This document shows positions 16,925 through 24,568 of a stretch of 40,972 nt of DNA, piece after piece. This DNA comes from Candidatus Peregrinibacteria bacterium CG_4_10_14_0_2_um_filter_43_11 (GTDB taxonomy: Bacteria; Patescibacteriota; Gracilibacteria; UM-FILTER-43-11), in contig PFOK01000062.1 in NCBI GenBank assembly GCA_002792495.1, positions 1 to 40,972 of the forward strand, given 5' to 3'. Below the pieces are notes generated by a model. The model had not been told where the DNA came from. It searched no databases and saw nothing but the letters and a program-made list of their open reading frames with translations. Position 1 is the first letter of the stretch; every line of letters starts with the position of its first letter. The translations under genes and the position numbers were made by a program.

Positions 16925-19900
16925 TTATTTTGGCGGAACCAGGGTTTTGATCTGTGTGAGCAGTTCTTTGTCGGAAAATCGTGAGCTCGCGAATATGGTT
17001 TGGATGATCAAATCCATGTTATCAAACACGTCATTCAAGCTGTTGATGGTTCTCCAATGTGTGGCGCCTTCCGGATAGTTCGCCTGCAAATGCGCGACAA
17101 TTTGTTGAGCCAGAGTGTGTTGGTTGGTCGATTCATCCCTCTTGGCACTTTCGGTATCCCGTAGCATTCCGAAAAGTGTTCCATCAAGCTTGTTCATAAA
17201 GTCATGCATTTTATTACGATGCTGTTGAACCGTCCATTCACCGTGATGTCCCACCCCGGCTTCACGGGCGATGGCGTTTAAAATGTTCGGGTTTCCTCTT
17301 GTGTACGGAGCCGATCCGTTTTCACGCAAGTATGCCACATTATCTACAATGCCATCCGCAACAGCCACCCACGCGACTTGTCGCGCGAATTCTTTGCGGA
17401 AGTTTATTTTTTCCGCCGCTTGTGCGTTTTCTTCAAACCACTGCAAGGCTCCCACGTACGCGTTTTCAATACCGGTGTCTTTGGCTTCCTCCTGTCCGGA
17501 ACGCCCCTGAAGATAACGTTTGGCCGTGTGTCCATCGCCCATGGCGGCAATACTGCGTCCCCAATCATGATCCCAACCGCGTTCGGATACGGATTTACGC
17601 ACACGCTGGATGGTCATTGTGTCATTCTGTACCTGAGTCCAGTAGAAGTTCTGGAATTCTTTGCCCGGTTTCCCTTTTTTAAAATCGTCTTTAAAATAGG
17701 TTTCACAATAATCTTTATAATCTTTGGCGCTTAGTGGCGGTCTTTTGCTATAAATCCACTGCGTTGCCGGCCAGGTATTCAGATTTTTATCCAGCACAAG
17801 TCCTCTATCCTGTGTCAATAATCCTGTGGCCATGCCTGCCATGAGATAAAAGAAAACTCCTTCCGCGTAACATTTCCCGTTCTTAATACTGTATTCCAAT
17901 CCGGATTCATATTCCTGAGGATCCACGTTTTGACCGTTCATGTGCATATTGAGCAGCTGTTCCAGTCGTTCCGTGATCTGATCCTGAATGCTGTCGTAGG
18001 TGGCTTCAAATTTCTTTTTCTGTCCTTCATATGATTCATGGTTTTTACTCTCCAGTGATAAAAACTCATCGTAATCCCAAATTTGCCCGGTGGCACTGTG
18101 CAATTTTTGACGCAAAAGCGGCGGGTTGTGCAACAGTACCGGATCGTCCGGTGTCAAATGGGTTACATTCTGCAGTTTATTGAGTACTTTCCAGAGGCTT
18201 GCATCACGCCAGTCAATACGGCCTTTGTCGGCTAATATTCTTAAAATGGCTTTTACCTGATCCTGATTGGGATCAATGCTGTTTGCCGCTTTTTTTAAAA
18301 GATTTTTAAGTGCCCAGGCATCCATTGAGCTATACCGGTTTTTCCATTCATCCACTTCTTCCTGTTCCGCTTTTTCTTGTCGCGCGGTGGCTTCGCTGGC
18401 CAGAGTTCCCGCGAAGGGGATGGTACTGAACAAAGCCTGTCCCATTCGGGCGGCGTGATCGTTTTGTTTGCGCTTATGGCGACGTTGGAAAAACTCTTTG
18501 ACCTGAGCTCCCACCTGAATCATATCGCCGACTGCCAAAAAGGAAGTGCAGTTCCAGAGTTGTCGGAAGGGCGTGATTTTTTTGTTCTTGATGTGCATGG
18601 CGGCTTCCGCGAGTTTTGGGGTCATTTCCTGTAAATCCTTGTTTACCTTCTTGATGCGTTCTTCTACTTCTTCCGCTGAATATCCGTTTGATGTGCTTCT
18701 GTAATCTTCATTGAGTTCGCGGGTTCTTTCGTTGTATTTGTTCATCAAGTGCAACAAATCACTTGCCCCCGGTAAATAACCGATGTATTCGGAGCTTCCG
18801 ATCTCTTTTATGATTGCTTTTGATTTGTTGATTTCTTCTTCAAAAGTGGTTGGGGATTTATTGCCCACCACTTCGGTGCCGCCTCCGCCGCCTTCTTCCG
18901 ACGCTTTGGAGCCACCTCCCCCCATGCTGTCATACCCATGGATTTTTTCTTCAATATCCCCGGCAGACATTCCTGTGTCCGCAAGGGCGAGTCCTGCCAT
19001 GAGCTTGCTCAGTTTGTCCGCCGGGGTTCCCGGTTTTATGTTTTGGCTTCTAAAATCATTTTGCATGGCCCAGAGTTCTCCGGTCATGTCTTCATCGCTC
19101 CAATCGTCCGCGGTGTAAGGCCCTTTGTATCCTTCCGGGTAACGGTTAGGGTCATTTAATTTGGACGGTCTTTTGTCGGGAAAGGTTTCCACAAAAGCAT
19201 GTCGGATCTCCTCCCATTTTCCGCCGGTTTTATAGCGGTTGACCTGATCCCTTTGGAGATTTGCATCATGATCGAATTCCACATGGCGTAATTCGTGGGT
19301 GATCTGCGCCTTAAAATTTGCCAATGCCGTAGGATCATCGTTGTTTATGCCTTCGCGATCCACGATGATTTTCCATTCATCCCCGAATTCATAAAACACC
19401 ATATTTCCGCCCGTGTGATCCCTTAAATTACGAACACCGCCTTTTCGGAGTGGGTAATGCTCGAATGTATTTTGGTCCACATATTCTACATGTTCAGCAA
19501 AATTCGCTTGTAATATTTTTTGGATTTCACCTGCACTATTTACTGTGGCGAGTTGTCGTATAACGGCAGCCGCTTTTATAGCGGTTTCGGATGATTTCGG
19601 ATCCAGACTTTCCTTTGCGTTATCCCTATCTTCCATCAGACCGAGATCGTTTTTAAGGGTGTCGAGCTCTACCAAAATAGCTTGCAGTTCTTTTGGTTTT
19701 GGGGTATCGCCCAGAGTCCTGATTCTTACCGTTAAGGCATTCAGGTATGTTGCTTTTTCGGAACCCGGTTTATTCCAGTCCGGAAGGCCATTTGTCCATT
19801 GAATGTCTTTGGCAAAATCGGAAGGTTTTCTTCCTTTTTCGCGCGCCAATAATGTTTTGATCGTGTCGTTGGCGACAGGTGGGGGAGTGACTCCCGCGTC

Positions 19901-21349
19901 TTTTAGCTTTTGAATGCGGTCTTTTCGCAATTGCTTCTGAATAGCCGCGATGGTTTCCGGAGTTAGGGTCGCGATTTTTTGCCGGATCGCCTCAAAACTT
20001 TGAGTAATCACTTGTTTTACTTCGGCGGTGTTGCTTTTTATGTAGTCCAAATTCGGCATGGGCGAAGATTGGTCGCTTAACGCGCTATCCAGATCCGCTT
20101 CGGCTTTGTCGAGTCTTTGATCCATGTTTTCCAGAGCCGTGTCTATATTTTCCCCTTTCACTCCATTGAAAAGAGCAAGGAACGCCTGTTTTGACTGAAA
20201 CGCTTTTTCAAAGACACTACGGTGTTTTTCACTGAAGCGGGCTTTATTGGTTTCAAATCGATTTTTTAACGCTTCATAACGATTGCCTAAATAAACGCGC
20301 ATTTGTTCCATTCTCATTTCGCGTGCTTCGAGCAACATGTTGGCAATCTGCATTTTTGCCTCATAAGGCAGTTTATCGGCAAGGCTTACGAGGTTCTTTT
20401 CTTCTATTGCTCTTACATGCCTATGGGTTTGTCTTGCCTGCACATCCGGACTCTCTTGTCCTTCAGTGAGTTTTAGATAAGCCCTGTAATTTTCCTTCGT
20501 TTCATCACTATCGGCGACTCCTCTTGTTTCTAAAAATTGCTCATAACCGGGTATTGAGCCGGTATTTCTTTGACGTTCGTCGAATCCCTCCCTTTCTGCC
20601 TGCGATTGCTTTGCACGCCGGCGAATCCATCCGCTTTCATCCGTTTGCATTGATTCCAGCATTCGATTGATTGCCTCAATTTCTGTTGTATTCTTTGCTT
20701 GTTTGGCTATTTTTAGTCGGGTTTTTAATACTTCTTTTTCCTTTTTGTAATCGGCTTCCGCTCCTTTCAGATACATTGCCCCTTCCATCTTGAAAGTGGT
20801 TTGCATTGCCACTTTGTCGGCTGTGTCCATTCGTGCGTTTGCGATTTTGATTTGTCCTTCCAGTTTTTCGTCAAAAAACGCACTGATGTCCGTTTCGAAT
20901 AAATCACTCAAGTCCACCGGGCTTATATTGGCCGTATCGTTCAGTCTGGCTAAAAAATGGGTGTAAGACGCCGCCTCAAGACGTGCGTTCCGGAATTCTT
21001 CCGCCGTACGAACGGGAGCTTTGAGTGACTCCATTTTAGTTTCGCAGACGGTTTTTTTACGGGTGATTGTCTGTACATTTTTTTCAGTTCCCGGGGCAAT
21101 CAGCTTTCCGATTTTATGACGTTTTCTTTCGGCTTCAATCCGGTGCTCCAATTGTCTTATTTTTCCCCCTAAAATGTCTTGTCCGTTGGTGTACTTACTG
21201 GGCAATTCGGGTTTGTCAAGGGCATCGGCCGTTTGTTGCCATCCCGGTTTGAATCGGGAAAAAAGGCCTTTCGCGTCGCGAAAAATCAGTCGGTTTTCAC
21301 CGTTTTTTTCAAAAGACCCGCTTTGTTCGTTTTTAAAATGCTTCAACAT
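16925..21349 (-). CDS. Giant orphan protein (1474 aa), no signal peptide or TM helix seen; single HExxH motif; function unknown
   Basis: The 4.4-kb ORF is uninterrupted. The N-terminal ~650 aa are highly charged and probably helical or coiled. ITHELRHVEFDH falls at about residue 685. A Gly-rich linker (MGGGGSKASEEGGGGGT) precedes a C-terminal ~600 aa globular-looking region. I saw no nucleotide-binding or other catalytic motif. Confidence 0.85.
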   Translation of the reverse strand: MLKHFKNEQSGSFEKNGENRLIFRDAKGLFSRFKPGWQQTADALDKPELPSKYTNGQDILGGKIRQLEHRIEAERKRHKIGKLIAPGTEKNVQTITRKKTVCETKMESLKAPVRTAEEFRNARLEAASYTHFLARLNDTANISPVDLSDLFETDISAFFDEKLEGQIKIANARMDTADKVAMQTTFKMEGAMYLKGAEADYKKEKEVLKTRLKIAKQAKNTTEIEAINRMLESMQTDESGWIRRRAKQSQAEREGFDERQRNTGSIPGYEQFLETRGVADSDETKENYRAYLKLTEGQESPDVQARQTHRHVRAIEEKNLVSLADKLPYEAKMQIANMLLEAREMRMEQMRVYLGNRYEALKNRFETNKARFSEKHRSVFEKAFQSKQAFLALFNGVKGENIDTALENMDQRLDKAEADLDSALSDQSSPMPNLDYIKSNTAEVKQVITQSFEAIRQKIATLTPETIAAIQKQLRKDRIQKLKDAGVTPPPVANDTIKTLLAREKGRKPSDFAKDIQWTNGLPDWNKPGSEKATYLNALTVRIRTLGDTPKPKELQAILVELDTLKNDLGLMEDRDNAKESLDPKSSETAIKAAAVIRQLATVNSAGEIQKILQANFAEHVEYVDQNTFEHYPLRKGGVRNLRDHTGGNMVFYEFGDEWKIIVDREGINNDDPTALANFKAQITHELRHVEFDHDANLQRDQVNRYKTGGKWEEIRHAFVETFPDKRPSKLNDPNRYPEGYKGPYTADDWSDEDMTGELWAMQNDFRSQNIKPGTPADKLSKLMAGLALADTGMSAGDIEEKIHGYDSMGGGGSKASEEGGGGGTEVVGNKSPTTFEEEINKSKAIIKEIGSSEYIGYLPGASDLLHLMNKYNERTRELNEDYRSTSNGYSAEEVEERIKKVNKDLQEMTPKLAEAAMHIKNKKITPFRQLWNCTSFLAVGDMIQVGAQVKEFFQRRHKRKQNDHAARMGQALFSTIPFAGTLASEATARQEKAEQEEVDEWKNRYSSMDAWALKNLLKKAANSIDPNQDQVKAILRILADKGRIDWRDASLWKVLNKLQNVTHLTPDDPVLLHNPPLLRQKLHSATGQIWDYDEFLSLESKNHESYEGQKKKFEATYDSIQDQITERLEQLLNMHMNGQNVDPQEYESGLEYSIKNGKCYAEGVFFYLMAGMATGLLTQDRGLVLDKNLNTWPATQWIYSKRPPLSAKDYKDYCETYFKDDFKKGKPGKEFQNFYWTQVQNDTMTIQRVRKSVSERGWDHDWGRSIAAMGDGHTAKRYLQGRSGQEEAKDTGIENAYVGALQWFEENAQAAEKINFRKEFARQVAWVAVADGIVDNVAYLRENGSAPYTRGNPNILNAIAREAGVGHHGEWTVQQHRNKMHDFMNKLDGTLFGMLRDTESAKRDESTNQHTLAQQIVAHLQANYPEGATHWRTINSLNDVFDNMDLIIQTIFASSRFSDKELLTQIKTLVPPK

Positions 21350-21367
21350 AGTTTTATAAATCTATAT

Positions 21368-21396
21368 ATTATAGCATAAAAAGAACCAATTTTCAA
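21368..21396 (-). promoter_or_regulatory. Near-consensus promoter TTGAAA-17-TATAAT (extended TG) for the giant gene
   Basis: The minus strand reads ttgaaa attggttctttttatgc tataat, and the -10 ends 18 nt before the ATG at 21349. A 12-bp imperfect hairpin (about 21398-21431) overlaps the upstream edge. Confidence 0.6.
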
Positions 21397-21536
21397 TGGA
21401 TTTTAGCTTTCAAAAAAAGCCAAATCCACGATGCTGTTGCCGGGTTACCTTTTAGGCAGACGGGTCGTTTGTTTTCCTGTTACTAGCCCGTTTACTCTTT
21501 GCTTATATCACCTTTTTTTATTTAAGTCAATAAAAA

Positions 21537-21674
21537 ACTTATACTCCTTCGCTTTTATAATTTCATATAATGCGCCGTAGCCTAAATAATTACTTTTGGC
21601 TGAGCTAAAGCGAAAATAAAAGCTTCGGCGTATTATACTAATTTGAAATTATTTAGGCAGAGGAGTATAAAAGT
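21537..21674. repeat. Long imperfect AT-rich inverted repeat (arms of 41 and 49 nt, about 48-nt spacer) in a non-coding gap; MITE-like or structured RNA
   Basis: The left arm is acttatactccttcgcttttataatttcatataatgcgccg (21537-21577). The reverse complement of 21626-21674 is acttttatactcctctgcctaaataatttcaaattagtataatacgccg. Shared blocks are ATACTCCT, ATAATTTCA and ATAAT(G/A)CGCCG. Flanking A-runs and T-runs extend the symmetry. Confidence 0.65.
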
Positions 21675-21861
21675 ATTTTTTAACCCCCTTTATAGCTGGA
21701 ATAGTATAAATTGGCATAATCCCTCGTCATTTCGACCCGCCTGAAGCAGGTGGGGAAGAAATCCCTTTGCCCACTATTTCCTTCAAAATAGGCAGTGATG
21801 ATATTGTGTCATTTTATTATGGTTTAGCTATATAACGGGTGGAATCTTTTTAAGCATCACT

Positions 21862-21908
21862 AAAAAACGCGTTGTTACCTTTGTGTATATACAAGGGGTA
21901 AGAACGCG
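21862..21908 (-). terminator. Rho-independent terminator after ppsA
   Basis: cgcgttgttacc (21868-21879) pairs with ggtaagaacgcg (21897-21908), 11 of 12 bp. On the minus strand the stem is followed by TTTTTT (plus-strand A-run at 21862-21867). It lies 16 nt after the ppsA stop. Confidence 0.75.
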
Positions 21909-21923
21909 CTTTTTGATTCGTGG

Positions 21924-24323
21924 CTATTTTGTCAAATCGAGCATTGTTTTGATAACCGTATCCGGATTGAGAGACATGCTGTCGATACCTTCCTTAAGAA
22001 GGAATTGGGCGAAATCCGGGAAGTCGCTTGGACCCTGACCGCAAATGCCCACCTTTCTTTTTTTTCGTTTTCCCGTTTGAATGATCCAGCTGATCATGCG
22101 TTTGACGGCTTCATTGCGTTCATTGTATACATGGCTGACGAGCTCGGAATCTCTATCCACACCGAGTACCATCTGCGTGAGATCATTTGAACCGATTGAA
22201 AAACCGTCAAAGATTTTGCTGAATTCGTCTCCGAGGATCACGTTGCTTGGAATTTCACACATCACATACACTTCTAAGCCTTTTTCACCTCGTTTTAAAC
22301 CGTTTTTTCCCATTTCGGCAATTACTTTTTTACCTTCCTCTATCGTTCGGCAGAAGGGGATCATGACTTTAAGATTGTAGAGCCCCATTTCATCCCTTAC
22401 TTTTTTGAGTGCCTTGCATTCCATGGCAAAAGCCGGTTGAAAAACGGGATCGTAATAGCGACTCGCACCACGCCATCCGAGCATGGGGTTGCTTTCGATG
22501 GGTTCGTATTCCTTTCCGCCAATCATGTTGGCGTATTCATTGGTTTTAAAATCGCTCAAACGCACGATCACGTCTTTTGGGTAAAACGCGGCGGCGATCA
22601 ATCCCACCCCCTGTGCCAGCCTATCGATGAAAAAGTCGGGTTTGTTTTTGTACCCGTATGTGATTTCATCGATTTTTGCTTTTACTTTTTTATCCGTGAT
22701 TTTGCTGTAATTGAGCAGGGCGAGTGGGTGAACCTTGATGTATTCATTAATAATGAATTCCATACGGGCCAGTCCCACGCCGTCATTGGGGATCATGGAA
22801 GTGGCAAAAGCGATATCCGGATTGGCTAGGTTCATCATGATTTTTACTTTCGGCTTTTTCAAATTTTTAAGGCTTGTGCGTATCACGTCGTACATCAAGA
22901 TCCCGTCGTACACGTTTCCCACAGAGCTTTCGCAGGCCACAGTGATATTTTGACCACTTTTGATCATCTGCGTTCCGTTATTGGTTCCCACGACGCAGGG
23001 GATTCCCAGTTCGCGAGAAATGATGGCTGCATGGCAGGTGCGTCCACCACGGTTGGTGACGATCGCTGAAGCGATTTTCATCACCGGTACCCAGTCGGGA
23101 TCGGTCATGTCGGTCACGAGCACATCTCCTTTTTTAAAGTTTTTGATTTGTTTGACATCAAGAATGACATTGGCTACCCCGGCGCCGATTTTAGCACCCA
23201 CCGGAGCCCCCGTGGCGAGCACTTTGCCTTTCACTTTTAATTTGTATTCTTCCAGAACGGAATATTTATTATCCTGAGAATGAACGGTTTCCGGACGGGC
23301 CTGAACGATGAAAAGTTCCCCTGTCTTTCCGTCTTTCGCCCATTCCATGTCCATGGGTTTTTTGTAGTGTTCTTCAATGATCACTGCCCATTTTGCCAAT
23401 TGTAATATCTCTTTGTCGTCGATACAGAATTCTTTTCGTTTGCCTTCCGGTACTTTTACATTTTTTACCGGTGATCCTTTTGTGCCTGTCGCGTAAATCA
23501 TTTTTATTTCTTTTTCGCCAAGGTGTTTGCTGAGAATAGATCGATAACCGGTTTTTAAGGTGGGTTTAAAAATATAAAATTCATCCGGATTGACTGCCCC
23601 CTGTACCACATTTTCCCCCAACCCGTAGGCGGCGTTGATGAGTACGGCATTTTGGAAACCGGTTTCGGTATCGATGCTGAACATGACACCGGAAGCGGCC
23701 ATGTCGGAACGAACCATTTTTTGAACGCCAATCGAAAGACCGATGGAAAAATGATCGAATCCTTTGTTTTCCCGGTAGTAGATGGCGCGATCCGTAAAGA
23801 GCGAGGCAAAACATTTTTTGCAGGCTTCCAGCAAAGCTTTTTTCCCTCTGATGTTTAAATAGGTTTCTTGTTGTCCCGCAAAAGAAGCATCCGGTAGATC
23901 TTCCGCTGTCGCGGATGATCGCACGGCTACGTCACAGTTTTTCCCATACAGGTCTTCCATTTTTTCGTATGCTTTTTCAATCACTTCGTTTAGGTCTTCC
24001 GGAAAACTCGCCGCGCAGATCATGGAGCGCACCTTTTTTCCCTTGTCTTGCAAGTCGCTGATTTCCTTCACCTTTACCCCTTGAAGTGTTTTTTTGACTC
24101 CATCCTTTATTCCCGCTTTTTCCAGAAAATGATGATAGGCGTGTGCGGTGATGGCAAATCCATTGGGGACACTCACCCCCTTTTCTCCCAATTTTTGTAC
24201 CATTTCGCCAAGCGAGGCGCATTTTCCTCCCACAAGAGGAACATCTTTGATGCTGATTTCATCAAACCAAAGAATCAAAGCATGGCGACGTTTGCTCAGG
24301 CTTTTTAAAAATTTTGTAATCAT
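21924..24323 (-). CDS. ppsA: Phosphoenolpyruvate synthase (pyruvate, water dikinase)
   Basis: This 799-aa ORF has an N-terminal ATP-grasp region (VPLVGGKCASLGEM), the phosphohistidine swivel motif TNRGGRTCHAAIISRELGIPCVVG, and a C-terminal PEP-utilising TIM-barrel region (GSNDLTQ). Confidence 0.93.
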   Translation of the reverse strand: MITKFLKSLSKRRHALILWFDEISIKDVPLVGGKCASLGEMVQKLGEKGVSVPNGFAITAHAYHHFLEKAGIKDGVKKTLQGVKVKEISDLQDKGKKVRSMICAASFPEDLNEVIEKAYEKMEDLYGKNCDVAVRSSATAEDLPDASFAGQQETYLNIRGKKALLEACKKCFASLFTDRAIYYRENKGFDHFSIGLSIGVQKMVRSDMAASGVMFSIDTETGFQNAVLINAAYGLGENVVQGAVNPDEFYIFKPTLKTGYRSILSKHLGEKEIKMIYATGTKGSPVKNVKVPEGKRKEFCIDDKEILQLAKWAVIIEEHYKKPMDMEWAKDGKTGELFIVQARPETVHSQDNKYSVLEEYKLKVKGKVLATGAPVGAKIGAGVANVILDVKQIKNFKKGDVLVTDMTDPDWVPVMKIASAIVTNRGGRTCHAAIISRELGIPCVVGTNNGTQMIKSGQNITVACESSVGNVYDGILMYDVIRTSLKNLKKPKVKIMMNLANPDIAFATSMIPNDGVGLARMEFIINEYIKVHPLALLNYSKITDKKVKAKIDEITYGYKNKPDFFIDRLAQGVGLIAAAFYPKDVIVRLSDFKTNEYANMIGGKEYEPIESNPMLGWRGASRYYDPVFQPAFAMECKALKKVRDEMGLYNLKVMIPFCRTIEEGKKVIAEMGKNGLKRGEKGLEVYVMCEIPSNVILGDEFSKIFDGFSIGSNDLTQMVLGVDRDSELVSHVYNERNEAVKRMISWIIQTGKRKKRKVGICGQGPSDFPDFAQFLLKEGIDSMSLNPDTVIKTMLDLTK

Positions 24324-24353
24324 GGGGCAGGGGGTTAAATTACTTTTTCAATC

Positions 24354-24381
24354 ATATTAGCATAGATTTTTTTAAACCTAA
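24354..24381 (-). promoter_or_regulatory. Candidate promoter TTAGGT-16-TAATAT (extended TG) for ppsA
   Basis: The minus strand reads ttaggt ttaaaaaaatctatgc taatat. It lies about 30 nt upstream of the ATG at 24323. Confidence 0.4.
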
Positions 24382-24568
24382 AAAATTATTGTTGTATTTT
24401 TCTTGACACAATTCATTGTTTTGAGTTTGCTAATATACTGATTTTTAATTTATTTTTTTATGCCAAATAAAACCTTCGAATGATCAAGTTCAGGGGTTTT
24501 GTGATGACAGAGTTCAGGCCGCCTTGCGAGCTTATCGTTTTGCGGGATTATCACATTAAAACCATTTT

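Noticed and set aside
18875-18925. Gly run MGGGGSKASEEGGGGGT in the giant protein as a possible P-loop
   Set aside because: It does not fit GxxxxGK[ST] and has no Walker B motif. Composition indicates a flexible linker.
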